Assembly: GCA_002683825.1 (NCBI GenBank)
Contig: NYUD01000011.1
Coordinates: 127,854-191,853, forward strand
Source of the DNA: Planctomycetota bacterium
GTDB lineage: Bacteria; Planctomycetota; UBA1135; GCA-002686595
Direction: 5' to 3'
DNA: 64,000 nucleotides
Numbering within the stretch: position 1 is the stretch's first letter; every line of letters begins with the position of its first letter. Shown piece after piece: positions 30,080-40,200 of this stretch. The notes under the pieces are model-generated. The model was not told the origin of the DNA. It saw only the letters and a program-made list of their open reading frames with translations, and ran no database searches. Made by a program: the position numbers and the translations under genes.

Positions 30080-30158
30080 GTGATACGGAACCAGCCCGTA
30101 TACGGAGCCAGGTCCGATCTCCGATGCATACGGAGCCAGGCTCCGTATCGCCGTATCA
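30080..30158 (-). promoter_or_regulatory. Dense ATACGG/CCGTAT repeat-hairpin element in the mreB to gspK-like spacer (3'-UTR/leader RNA structure or protein-binding array)
   Basis: Hexamers at 30083, 30096, 30100, 30128, 30143 and 30151. Direct repeat ATACGGAGCCAGG at 30100-30112 and 30128-30140. Hairpin ATACGGAGCC-A-GGCTCCGTAT at 30128-30148. Palindrome CCGTATACGG at 30096-30105. Confidence 0.6.
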
Positions 30159-31220
30159 GGCCTCGTCGTCCGCCGAAAGGACGTGGGAGAAGATATCGAG
30201 CTTCTCCAGGAAAACGCCTGTACCCCGCGCCACCGCCGTGAGGGGGTCCGCGGTGATCTGCGCGGGAATCCCGAGAAAGTCGGCCACGGCGTCGGCCATG
30301 CCGGACAGAAGGGCTCCACCACCGACGATCGTGCAACCCGAATCGACCAGGTCGGCGGAGATCTCGGGCGGCGTCTCCTCGAGCACCTGGCGTATCGACT
30401 CGCAGATGCGGCGCACCGGCTGCTGCAGCGCCTCGCGAATCTCGATCGACGTGATCGTCGCTCGCCCCGGCAATCCCGTGACCGTATCGCGGCCTTTCAC
30501 TTCCATCGACAGCTCCTGCTCCATCGGAAAGGCCGAGCCGATGGTCAGCTTGATGCGCTCGGCGGATTGTTCGCCGATCATCAAGTTGTGGTAGCGCCGC
30601 AGATGCGAGACGATCGCCCCGTCCATTTCGTCACCCGCGATCCGCAAGGACGTCGCGACGACGGAACCGGCCAGGGCCAGAACGGCGATCTCGGTCGTAC
30701 CGCCGCCGATGTCGACGATCAGGGAACCTCGCGCTTCCGTGACCGGTAGATCGACGCCGATGCCGGCGGCCATGGGTTCATCGATCAGATACACGCGCCG
30801 GGCGCCGGCGCGCTCCGCCGAATGCACGACGGCGCGTCGTTCGACGTCGGTGATTCCCGTGGGAACCGAGATCACAACCTGCGGCTTGACCCAGCTACGT
30901 CCCTCGTGGACCTTGCTGATGAAGTAGCGCAGCATCTTCTCGGTCACCTCGAAGTCGGCGATGACGCCGTGGCGCAGGGGCCGCACCGCTTCGATCCCTC
31001 CGGGGGTCTTGCCGAGCATGGCCTTGGCCGCATTGCCCACCGCCATGCCGTCCAGAAGAACCTCGTTGGTCCCCTTCTTCACGGCGACGACGCTTGGCTC
31101 GTTCAGGATGATCCCACGCCCCCGAACGCAGACCAGCGTATTGGCCGTCCCCAGGTCGATGCCCATGTCAACCGAGAAATTTCCAAGCACCCACTCGAGG
31201 GGTTTCAGGACGGTGGCCAT
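30156..31220 (-). CDS. mreB: Rod-shape-determining actin homologue MreB
   Basis: ...DMGIDLGTANTLVCVRGRGIILNEPSVVAV...LIVDIGGGTTEIAVL...IVGGGALLSGM... Confidence 0.95.
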   Translation of the reverse strand: MATVLKPLEWVLGNFSVDMGIDLGTANTLVCVRGRGIILNEPSVVAVKKGTNEVLLDGMAVGNAAKAMLGKTPGGIEAVRPLRHGVIADFEVTEKMLRYFISKVHEGRSWVKPQVVISVPTGITDVERRAVVHSAERAGARRVYLIDEPMAAGIGVDLPVTEARGSLIVDIGGGTTEIAVLALAGSVVATSLRIAGDEMDGAIVSHLRRYHNLMIGEQSAERIKLTIGSAFPMEQELSMEVKGRDTVTGLPGRATITSIEIREALQQPVRRICESIRQVLEETPPEISADLVDSGCTIVGGGALLSGMADAVADFLGIPAQITADPLTAVARGTGVFLEKLDIFSHVLSADDEA

Positions 31221-31309
31221 GAACGAAGGGTAGCTAGAGCGCAGGCTCGATCAAGCTTGGCCCAGGAGGACTTTGCCCCGAAGCCACGGCGGAGTCGACC
31301 ACCGTGGGC

Positions 31310-31344
31310 AAAAAAAACCGACCCCGCCCAAGGGGCGAAGCCGG
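31310..31344 (-). terminator. Rho-independent terminator after the small membrane-protein gene
   Basis: Minus-strand RNA CCGGCUUCGCC-CCUU-GGGCGGGGUCGG followed by U8. The A/C mismatches on the plus strand become G-U pairs on the minus strand, which supports the minus orientation. Confidence 0.7.
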
Positions 31345-31383
31345 TGTTCACAATCAGCCCTTGTCGGCGCCCTTCGACCCGGC

Positions 31384-31605
31384 CTAGAAGAACACGCCCG
31401 CTTCGAACTTGCCCAGGAGCGCATCGGTAAAGACGATGGCGACCACGAGGGCGAAGGTCGTCGCAAGGATGACGGCCGTGTCCAGTCCCTCACCGGAGTC
31501 CTCGACCACTTCCATACCGGCCGCCAGTGCGGGTTTTTTCGACTTGGCCTTGGGCTTGCGGGCGGGGGCCGCTGCGGCGCGGCTGCGGGGGGTTCTACGT
31601 GCCAT
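31384..31605 (-). CDS. Small tail-anchored membrane protein (basic N-terminus, C-terminal TM), function unknown
   Basis: 73 aa: MARRTPRSRAAAAPARKPKAKSKKP...TAVILATTFALVVAIVFTDALL... AAGGA lies 8 nt upstream of the ATG. It starts 18 nt after the coiled-coil gene and is followed by a strong terminator. Confidence 0.55.
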   Translation of the reverse strand: MARRTPRSRAAAAPARKPKAKSKKPALAAGMEVVEDSGEGLDTAVILATTFALVVAIVFTDALLGKFEAGVFF

Positions 31606-31623
31606 GGCTCGTTCCTTTCCGGA

Positions 31624-32484
31624 CTAGAGTCGCGTGGAGGCGCGGTCACCCGCAGTGATGGTCTTGCTCTCGACGGCAGTCGTGATGAGCGCGGAGCAGT
31701 AATCCGCCTGGACGGTCTCGACCTTGGCCCGACCCTTGTAGGTCTGACCGCGATAGATATCGAAGGTGAAGCCGCGCTTTACGCCGTCGTTGCTGCCGCG
31801 ATTGAGCATGACCAGCTTGAGGTCGTCGATGACTTCACGAACGTCGAGGACCGAGGCATCGATCTTCGGAATGCTCGCCATGAGGGTCGGATCGAGACCG
31901 GTTTCCTCGATGAGGATGGCGATCTGGACCTCCTGACGTTTGAGCTTGCTCTGGAGGTCGGTGTTGGTCGCCTGGAGCACATCGACTTGCCCACGGACTC
32001 CGAGCAGGGCCTCCTCCGCGTCCCGCCTTTGCAGCTCGGCGGCCTGCTGGGCGTCGACCGCATCTTCGCGGGCACGGGTCGCCTCCGCGTTCAGCTGCGC
32101 GAGGTTGTCCTTGTCGGAGGAAAACTGCTCGATGAGCTGCTTGTAGTCCCCCAGGTTCGACTCGATCTTGGACAGCGACGCGCTCAGCGTTTCGTTAGCG
32201 CGCTTGGCCGTGGCCAGGTCGGCCTCGGAGCGCTCTCTCTGAGACTTCTCGAGGTCACGCTCCTCGCGGAAGCGGCCCGAATCGCCTTCCAGGTTCTGCA
32301 TCTTGATCTGCAGCTTGGAGATCTCTTCGTCCTTGGCCGCAGCCGTATCGTTGTGCTCGGACTTCTCCGTTTCGAGCTGGCCTTTGTAATCCTGGACCGT
32401 CGAGAGGGCGTTGGAAGCCCAGCCGAGAAAAGCAGCGGCGAGAACCAGGTTCAACACGATGAACATCCGTCCGATGGGACTCAT
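31624..32484 (-). CDS. Membrane-anchored long coiled-coil protein with a small C-terminal beta domain (MreC-like motif), function unknown
   Basis: Start at MSPIGRMFIVLNLVLAAAFLGWA (TM). About 180 aa of heptad-like E/K/Q/L-rich sequence. C-terminus KLVMLNRGSNDGVKRGFTFDIYRG..YKGRAKVETVQADYCSALI. The track ORF extends to 32577, across a terminator. Confidence 0.65.
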   Translation of the reverse strand: MSPIGRMFIVLNLVLAAAFLGWASNALSTVQDYKGQLETEKSEHNDTAAAKDEEISKLQIKMQNLEGDSGRFREERDLEKSQRERSEADLATAKRANETLSASLSKIESNLGDYKQLIEQFSSDKDNLAQLNAEATRAREDAVDAQQAAELQRRDAEEALLGVRGQVDVLQATNTDLQSKLKRQEVQIAILIEETGLDPTLMASIPKIDASVLDVREVIDDLKLVMLNRGSNDGVKRGFTFDIYRGQTYKGRAKVETVQADYCSALITTAVESKTITAGDRASTRL

Positions 32485-32550
32485 GGGCGAAGCAGGGGGT
32501 AAGTGATGGCGGGGTCCGGAAAAGGCGAGGTGCCCGGTCGATGCGGCCGC

Positions 32551-32590
32551 AAAAAGGCCAGAGCAGAATAAAGGCACCCCTGAGAGGGGT
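32551..32590 (-). terminator. Candidate intrinsic terminator after lnt
   Basis: Minus-strand hairpin ACCCCU-CUC-AGGGGU (32576-32590), followed by GCCUUUAUUCUGCUCUGGCCUUUUUGC. Confidence 0.45.
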
Positions 32591-32651
32591 CAAGCGCGGC
32601 GGCTTCCGCAGCGCCTACACACCCGCATTCTAACCCGGATCCGCGAATCGG

Positions 32652-34364
32652 TTACGGACGGCGCATGAGGAAGAGGAAAAGGGCCAGTGGAATCCCCACC
32701 GAAGCGCCCCGCAGAACCCAGGCCAGGGTCGCGTAGGGGGGATACTCATCCCGCTCCAAGGGCACCCCCACCTCGAAGACCTTCCAGCCGGAAACCTCCC
32801 GATCCGGGCCCGATCCACCGATTCGCCCGATCTCCCGACCGTCGGCCCGAAGGACCAGGCTGACTCCCGAGGTGGTCGCGCGGACGAAGGCCCGACCGGT
32901 CGCGAGGGCGATCACGCGGCTGAAGGCCACCATCTGGTCCATCTCGAAGCTGTCCTCGAACCAGGCCTCGTTGCTGGCCACCAGGTGAAAGTCGAGGGGA
33001 CCCTGACGCCCCGCCGCCAGGTAGGGGTCGGGGAATGCGTTGTCGAAGCAGAGCGTCGCGCTGAAGCGATAGCTTTCCCCCGTACGGGTCTCGATCTGAA
33101 AAACCGTCGTCTCCTCCGCTCGGGTGAGGTCGGGGACGTACCCCCCCTGGGCCCGAAAAAAGCTGCGGAAGAAGACGATGTTCTCCAACCCGAAGAGGGT
33201 CTCCGAACCGGGGCACAGGAAGCGCTTCGCCGCCAGTGAGGCGCGCTCGCCGCCGGGGTCGAAGAGCGCCAGTGCCACGCTGTGGCCGAATCCCGATTCG
33301 TCGGAAAAGTAGCGCTCGCAGCCGCCGAGAAACCAGGTCCCGGAATCGAAGAGGGCCGGCACCCGTCCCGGCTGTCCGTAGAGCTGGTCGAGGATGGCTC
33401 GTCGCAGCGTCCTCTCCGAATTCTCCCCCCACTCGCGAGTCAGCCTGGCGTCCCACCACCCGGGAAGCGCTCGCCCCGCGTCCAGGGCCTCGTAGAAGCT
33501 CTCGGCAGCGATCGAGTGGTAGAGCATCGACTCGCCCCAGCACACGAGATCCACGGGCGGCTCGCCCCGGCTCCGCAGCGTCTCCAAGGCCTCGTGCGTG
33601 AGGCGGAGCAGCTTGGTGATGTTGCCGACCCGTTCGTCCAGCCCGAAGCGCTCCTGGCGAAACCCCGGCTGGATCAGGAGCACGCGCGGCCCGGCCCGGG
33701 TTTTCGGGGCGCTCGTCGTCAACGACAGAAGCGCGGCCGCGGCGAGCCCTCCCAGACCCAAGGCCAGCTCGGAAACGACGAGCTTGCGTCGAAGCGCGAG
33801 CCCGGCGCACGCTCCCCCCGCCAGGGCCACGACCCAGCTCAGTCCCTCGATGCCCCAGACGCGCGCGCTGCCCGACAACCACAGGTGATGATGGGCGTGG
33901 TGCCCCAGACGCAACCAGCCCAGGCCGAAGGGGGTCGGAAGCCAGCTGCGTAGGGCCTCGAAGAAGGTGAAACAAAGCGCCAGCGCCAGCGCGAAAGGCA
34001 GGGTGCGCCGGAGGCGCCGCAGGACCGGCCCCTGAACGAAGAAGTAGAGCGCGTAGGCCGGTCCTACGTACACGAGCGAAAGCCAGTGGACGTGGGCGAG
34101 CCAGATCCACACCCACACCGAGCCGATCACGTGTGCGAGGTACTCGAGCCACAGGGCCCGCTTCCTCCCGGCCCCCTCGGGCAGGGGATGGGACAGGACG
34201 AAACCGAACAGCCCGATCGCGAGAATCGCCAGGGTGAGGGACCCGTCGCGGCCGCAGTTGCCGGGACTGGCGAAGAAGAACAAGGCCCAGGCTCCGAGGA
34301 CGCCGACGAAACGGCGTCCCGGGGACATGGGAGAGGGGGGTTGGAGCGAGTCGCGCGCGTCCAC
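32652..34364 (-). CDS. lnt: Apolipoprotein N-acyltransferase
   Basis: N-terminal multi-TM region plus a C-terminal CN-hydrolase domain (...VLLIQPGF...DLVCWGESML...ATLCFDNAFP...). The start may be the internal Met at 34328. Confidence 0.85.
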   Translation of the reverse strand: MDARDSLQPPSPMSPGRRFVGVLGAWALFFFASPGNCGRDGSLTLAILAIGLFGFVLSHPLPEGAGRKRALWLEYLAHVIGSVWVWIWLAHVHWLSLVYVGPAYALYFFVQGPVLRRLRRTLPFALALALCFTFFEALRSWLPTPFGLGWLRLGHHAHHHLWLSGSARVWGIEGLSWVVALAGGACAGLALRRKLVVSELALGLGGLAAAALLSLTTSAPKTRAGPRVLLIQPGFRQERFGLDERVGNITKLLRLTHEALETLRSRGEPPVDLVCWGESMLYHSIAAESFYEALDAGRALPGWWDARLTREWGENSERTLRRAILDQLYGQPGRVPALFDSGTWFLGGCERYFSDESGFGHSVALALFDPGGERASLAAKRFLCPGSETLFGLENIVFFRSFFRAQGGYVPDLTRAEETTVFQIETRTGESYRFSATLCFDNAFPDPYLAAGRQGPLDFHLVASNEAWFEDSFEMDQMVAFSRVIALATGRAFVRATTSGVSLVLRADGREIGRIGGSGPDREVSGWKVFEVGVPLERDEYPPYATLAWVLRGASVGIPLALFLFLMRRP

Positions 34365-34367
34365 GGG

Positions 34368-35585
34368 CTATCGCAGCGGTCGGTAGTCGACCATCGCCCC
34401 CGCCCGGACTTCCCGGTCGGCGGGCACGACGCACAGGGCGTCGGCGTCCGCGGCGGCCACGATGTCCGCCGAACCGCGGAAGGCGAGCGCCTGCAGCTCG
34501 AGCACGCCGTCCGTCCCGTGGGTAAGTCGCGCGGGAACGTTGTTCTGGCGTCCCGGCGCGCGGAGCGTCCCGCCGCTCCAGCGTGCACGGCCAAGTCGTT
34601 CGCGTTGCTCGTCCGCACCCCCGCCGGCCATGCGCGCCAGGGCCGGCCGCACGAAGACCTCGAAGCCCAGGAGGCTCGAGACGGGATTGCCCGGGAGCCC
34701 GAAGACGGGCTTCTCGCCGGCCATGCCGAACCAGATCGGTTTGCCCGGTTTGATCGCAACCTTGTGGAGGATCGGCTCGACACCGATCTTCTCGAAGGTC
34801 TCGCCGACCAGGTCGTACTTGCCCACGCTGACACCACCCGTCGTGACCAGAGCGTCACCCCCTTCGAGCGCGGCTCGAAAGGCCTCCTGCAGGAGCGGCG
34901 CTTCGTCCCGCACGATGCCGGCGCGCTGCACCTCGCACCCCAGGGCCCGCAAGGCCGCCGCGAGGAACAACGTGTTGCCCTCACGGATCTGACCGCGTCC
35001 AGGCCTTTCGGTGGGCGGAACGAGTTCGTCGCCGGTGGTGAGAACCGACACCCGGGGCCGGGGGAACACGGGCACGGGATCGCAGCCGATCGAGGCCAAC
35101 ACCGACAGATCCACCGGGTGTAGGAGGCGCCCGGCCTCGAAGACGGTCTTGCCGAGCGCCAGGATCTCGCCCAGGTGGCCGACGTTACGGGCGGCCGGTA
35201 TCGGCCCCTGAACGACAACCCGATCGCCCTCGCGCCGCGTGCGCTCGATCATCTCGACCGCATCGCAGTCGGCCGGCAGCTCGGCGCCGGTGAAGATCTC
35301 GACACAACACCCTGACGGGACCTCTCCCTCGAAGGGAACCCCGGCCCGGGATTCACCCACGACGCGCAGACGGACCTCCCCTTCCTCCGTCGCATCGCGC
35401 CAGCGCAGGGCGTAGCCGTCCATCATACTTTTCTCGAACGGCGGGAGATCGACGTCGGAAGGCGCGTCGACGGCCAGGCGCCGGCCACTGGCCTCCGCCA
35501 GGGCGATGGAATCAGGGTCGAAACGGGGCGCGCGAATCCGCTCCAGGATGACCTTGAGTGCTTCTTCGGGATGCAGCATGGACAC
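34368..35585 (-). CDS. moeA: Molybdopterin molybdenumtransferase MoeA
   Basis: ...DVDLPPFEKSMMDGYALR...VLTTGDELV...GGVSVGKYD...KPGKPIWFG...PGNPVSS... Confidence 0.92.
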   Translation of the reverse strand: MSMLHPEEALKVILERIRAPRFDPDSIALAEASGRRLAVDAPSDVDLPPFEKSMMDGYALRWRDATEEGEVRLRVVGESRAGVPFEGEVPSGCCVEIFTGAELPADCDAVEMIERTRREGDRVVVQGPIPAARNVGHLGEILALGKTVFEAGRLLHPVDLSVLASIGCDPVPVFPRPRVSVLTTGDELVPPTERPGRGQIREGNTLFLAAALRALGCEVQRAGIVRDEAPLLQEAFRAALEGGDALVTTGGVSVGKYDLVGETFEKIGVEPILHKVAIKPGKPIWFGMAGEKPVFGLPGNPVSSLLGFEVFVRPALARMAGGGADEQRERLGRARWSGGTLRAPGRQNNVPARLTHGTDGVLELQALAFRGSADIVAAADADALCVVPADREVRAGAMVDYRPLR

Positions 35586-35662
35586 GATTGCGTCAAAAAG
35601 CGCGTCGACAAGCTACCCTAGGGTGACCACCCTTATAAAGCCGCCCCGGTAAGGAGGAATAT

Positions 35663-37204
35663 GTGGGCTCGAGCAACGCAACTTCACGCGCCGCCCATGA
35701 ACCCCGTAAGAACCCGTCCTCCCGGGCTCTCTTCCCCTGCCTCCACCCCGTGCAATTGCGTTTCCACCACCCCTCCCTCTCCGGATCCCTCGGCTCCTTG
35801 CTTCTCTCCTGCGGGCTCGGCTGTCTGGTCGCCTGCGCGCCCCAGAGTGCGGCTGCTGACACCCAGGAACCGGAGACCCGCGGCGTTCAAAAGCGGGACA
35901 TCCTCCCTGTCCGCACGGCCGTCATCGAAATCCGGGAGATGCTCCGCACCCTCGAGACGACCTCGAAGCTCGAATCGGAATTCGAAATCCAGGTCTTCCC
36001 GCGCTCGGGCGGCGTAGCGGTGGCGATTATGGTCGAGGAGGGCGACCACGTGCTGGCGAACCAGACCTTGGCCAAGCTCGACGACCGCGACGAGGTTCTG
36101 GCCGCGCGGGATTCCGAAGTGGCCCTCGAGGAGGCTAAGACCACCCTCGAGCTCCTCAAGCTCTCGGTGGAGGACGCTGCCGAGATGCGCCTCAGCGCCG
36201 GCAGTGCCGCTCGCCAGGCGGAACGAGACTACGAGCGTGACCGCCGCCTGGTCGAAGAGGCCGAGGTCGCCAGTCCCGTCTCGGAGCAGGCCCTGGAAGG
36301 AAAACTCCTTGCGCGCGATCAGGCCCGACACGATGAGGCCCAGCGCGAGATCGGATTACGGCGCGCCAGCGCACAGGTGCGGGCACAGGAAAACGCCATC
36401 GCTCGCGCGAGCGTCGCCTGCGAGCGCGCGCAGTTGGCGGTCAGCTACAAGGAGATCCGCGCGCCCTTCGAAGGCGTCATCGCCCAGCGCAACATCCGCG
36501 CCGGAGACATGGTCTCGGCCGCAGCTGCGGTCTACGTGTTGACCGACGTCGAAAACCTGCGCGCCATCTTCACGCGTCCGCAGGAAGAACTCGAGCTCTT
36601 CACTCACAAGAAGATCGGTACCAATGGCGACGGCGGCTCGGAAACTGAACGGCTCGAAATCACGGCCACCGCGGAGGCCTTCTCGGGCCATGAATTCCGC
36701 GGCCAAGTCGAACGCATCAGCCCCACGATCGAAGCCGCTTCCGGACAGTTTCGCGTGACGGCGCGAATCTCTTCGAACGAACAGGCGCGCCTCCTGCCGG
36801 GCATGCTGATGCGTATGCGCATCGTGACCGACCGCCACCCGGAGGCCATGGTAGTGCCCAAACGCGCGCTGCGCCGCGAAGGCGCTCGACGCTACGTTCT
36901 GAAGGTCGAAGAGGACGCCGAGGGGGCCTCTGACGAGGGCAGCGATCTACGCATCCTCAAGCGCGTGAACGTCGCCGAGTCGTTCTCCGATGAGGACTAC
37001 GTCGAGATTCTTCCGATCGAAGAAGGAGCGCTTCAGAGAGGTGACGAAGTGGTCTTCATCGGCAGCCGCGACCTGATCGAGGGACAGACGGTGCGAATCG
37101 ACCCCGGGGCCCCATCCACGGATCTGGAAGCGTTCGACACCGAGACGCAGCAAGAGGTCGACGGGCTCGCCGACGACGCCGCTTCGGACGTCGAGAAAGA
37201 CTGA
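35663..37204 (+). CDS. RND efflux periplasmic adaptor (membrane fusion protein, HlyD family), probable lipoprotein
   Basis: AAGGAGG lies 5 nt before the GTG at 35663. Lipobox-like LGCLVAC. Coiled-coil hairpin, then ...YKEIRAPFEGVIAQRNIRAGDMV... (barrel-sandwich motif). Confidence 0.85.
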   Translation: MGSSNATSRAAHEPRKNPSSRALFPCLHPVQLRFHHPSLSGSLGSLLLSCGLGCLVACAPQSAAADTQEPETRGVQKRDILPVRTAVIEIREMLRTLETTSKLESEFEIQVFPRSGGVAVAIMVEEGDHVLANQTLAKLDDRDEVLAARDSEVALEEAKTTLELLKLSVEDAAEMRLSAGSAARQAERDYERDRRLVEEAEVASPVSEQALEGKLLARDQARHDEAQREIGLRRASAQVRAQENAIARASVACERAQLAVSYKEIRAPFEGVIAQRNIRAGDMVSAAAAVYVLTDVENLRAIFTRPQEELELFTHKKIGTNGDGGSETERLEITATAEAFSGHEFRGQVERISPTIEAASGQFRVTARISSNEQARLLPGMLMRMRIVTDRHPEAMVVPKRALRREGARRYVLKVEEDAEGASDEGSDLRILKRVNVAESFSDEDYVEILPIEEGALQRGDEVVFIGSRDLIEGQTVRIDPGAPSTDLEAFDTETQQEVDGLADDAASDVEKD

Positions 37205-37212
37205 GCGACCCG

Positions 37213-40200
37213 TTGGCCAAGCAGCGCAGTTCGAGCGTTCTCTCGATCGTCACCAACCGCCCCGTCGCCATCTCGATGTTGATGGCGGCCCTGGTCGTCT
37301 TCGGTTTCGTTTCCCTGTCGAAACTGTCCGTCGACCTGTTGCCCGACATTTCCTATCCGACCCTGACCGTCCGGACCACGTGGGAGGGTGCGGCGCCGGA
37401 AGATGTCGAGGAGCGCGTCTCCGAAAAGGTCCAGGAGGCCCTGGCCACGCTGCAGAACCTCGTGCGCTCGACCTCGATCAGTCGCGCGGGGACCTCGGAC
37501 TGCGTGCTCGAGTTCGACTGGGGCACGCAGATGACGTTCGCCGTCCAGGATGTGCGCGAGAAGCTCGACGGGGTCTCGCTGCCGCGCGCTACGGAGCGGC
37601 CCCTGATCCTGCGCTACGACCCCAACCTCGATCCGATCCTGCGGATCGGTATTCGCGTCCCGGAGGGGCGCGAGGGGCTGGGGGCACAGGAGCGGCAGAG
37701 CCAGCTGATTCAGCTGCGCTGGCTGGCGGAAAACCGCACCAAACGCGAACTCGAATCCCTCGATGGCCTCGCCGCCGTGCAGGTACGTGGCGGACTCGAG
37801 GAGGAGATTCGCGTGCGCGTGGACCCCCACGAGCTGGCGGCCAAGCGCGTCGATCCCGGCGAACTGGCCTCGCGCCTGGCGCAGGAGAACATCAACGCTT
37901 CGGGTGGATCGCTGCTCGAGGGCTCGGCCGAGTACCTCGTCCGTACGGTCAACCAGTTCCGCACCCTCAAAGAGATCGAAGAGCTGCCCGTAGCGAGGCG
38001 CGGAAACTCGACCATCCGCGTAAGCGATGTGGGCAGGGTCGAGCGGACTTTCGTCAAACGTGAAGTCGTCAGTCGCATCGGCGGCGCCGAGTCCGTCGAA
38101 CTGGCGATCTACAGGGAAGCGGGCGCCAACATCGTCGATCTCGCTCAGCGCGTCAAAGATCGCCTGTTCGGCACGGCCGAACAGCAGGCCTTCGCCAAAC
38201 GGCAGGAGGCCGAAGGCAAGTCCGATCACACCTTGGGTGAGCGCGGCATGCTCGACTTCATCGCCTGGCGCATGCGCAAGGAGATGAAGATGGAGCTCCT
38301 CTCGGATCAGTCCGTCTTCATCCGCGACGCGGTCAACGACGTGAAGAACGCCGCCCTCCTGGGCGCGGTCCTGGCGATCGGTGTCATCCTGGTCTTCCTG
38401 CGCCGCCTATCGGCCACGCTGATCATCGCCCTTTCGATCCCGATCTCGGTCGTCGTCACCTTCGCCCCCATGTTCCTGGGGGGGGTCAGCCTGAACATCA
38501 TGTCGCTGGGGGGCCTCGCCCTCGGAATCGGCATGCTGGTTGACAACGCGATCGTGGTGCTCGAATCGATCACCCGTTGCCGGGAAGAGGGCGACGATCT
38601 GAAGAGCGCGGCGGTGCGTGGGGTCACGGAGGTCGCGGGAGCCGTCACCACTTCGACCCTGACGACGATCTGTGTCTTTGCGCCGATCGTGTTCGTGACG
38701 GGAATTGCGGGGCAGATCTTCGGTGACCAGGCCCTGGCGGTGGTGAGCTCGCTGACCGTGTCGCTGCTCGTCGCGGTGATGTTCATTCCGATGCTCGCCT
38801 CGCGCCCACTGCTGGCAGGCGGCGGCGCAAGCGTCAGCTCCCCGCCCCCTAGACGCCCCGCCCCACCCTGGCGCGGCTTCGAGTGGAGTTGGTCGAAGAT
38901 CTTTCCGAGCCTCCTGTTGTTTCTCGGAAGGGGCATGCTCTGGTCGGGAGGACTCTTCGTGCGATTCGTCGCTGCCTTGCTCTACCTGGGGTTCCGGGTG
39001 ACCTCCTGGGCTTGTCGCCCGTTTGCTCGGCTCTTCCAATCGCTCTGGGACGTGCTCGATCGCGTCTATCCCCGGCTCCTGCGCGGCTCCCTGGCGCGAC
39101 CGTTTCTGGTGCCCATCGCCGCCCTCGGACTGCTCTGGTACAGCTACGAGCGCCTGCCCCACCTCGGTGTCGAACTGCTTCCTGAGATCCACCAGGGTGA
39201 GTTCACGGTGTACGTGAAATTCGATCCGGTGACACCGCTCGAGATCACCGACGGGGTGATGAGCGAGCTCGACACGAAGATTCGCGCGATTGAAGGTGTC
39301 GCCATGACCGCCCTGACGGCGGGCATCGAAAAGGAGACGCTGTCGCGGGAGATCGAAGGCTCCCATACGGCGCGATTGACGGTGCGTCTGGAGAAAGAGG
39401 GCCTGAGCGTCGAACGCGAAGAGGCCATCGCCGACCAGGTGCGCACCATTCTTTCAGACCATCCAGCGCTGCGTTCGATGGAGGTCAAGCGTCCGACTCC
39501 CTTCGCGTTGGATTCCCCCATCGCCGTCGAGATCCGGGGCTACGATCTGAATGTGCTCGAGGGGGTCGCGCAGGACGTCCAAGAGCGCTTGGAATCGATC
39601 GACGAGCTGGCCGACGTGCGCAGTACTGTGCGCCCGGGCCACCCGGAAGCGCGCATCACCTTCGATCGCGACAAGATGCTCGAGTTCGGACTCGATCTGA
39701 ACCAGGTCTCAAGCCTCGTGCGCGATCAGATCCTGGGCAACGTCAGCACGCGCTTCCATGAAGGCGACGAGCGCATAGATATCCGCGTCCAGGGCGACGA
39801 GATCGTGTTGAATTCCCTGAACGCACTCTACGAACTGCCCGTGAACCCCTCGGCGGAGAACCCGATTCCGCTCTCGAGCGTCGCAGACGTCGCGATCGTT
39901 CAGGGACCGGCGGAGATCCGCCGCATCGGAAACACGCGCGCCGTGGTCATAAACGCCTCCAGCAAGGGCCTGGACCTGGGGGGCATCGCCTCTCGCATCG
40001 ACCGCGAACTGGCCGATTTGCGGGCGCCGGAAGAGGTTTTCGTCGCCGTGGGTGGACAGAAGCGGGAGATGGACGAGGCGCAGACCTCGATGCGCTTTGC
40101 GCTGCTCTTGGCGATATTCCTGGTCTATGTCGTCATGGCCAGCCAGTTCGAATCGTTGTTGCAGCCCTTTGTCATTCTCCTGACCGTACCGCTGGCGGCG

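Noticed and set aside
31273-32502. 409-aa plus-strand ORF; the same reasoning applies to 34086..35123, 52836..54107 (minus), 61087..62406 and the 32746..34434 alternative frame
   Set aside because: All are antisense to, or frame-shifted over, genes with clear family motifs (coiled-coil/TM protein, moeA/lnt, GT2, PpiD-like). Their products are Arg/Pro/Gly-rich.
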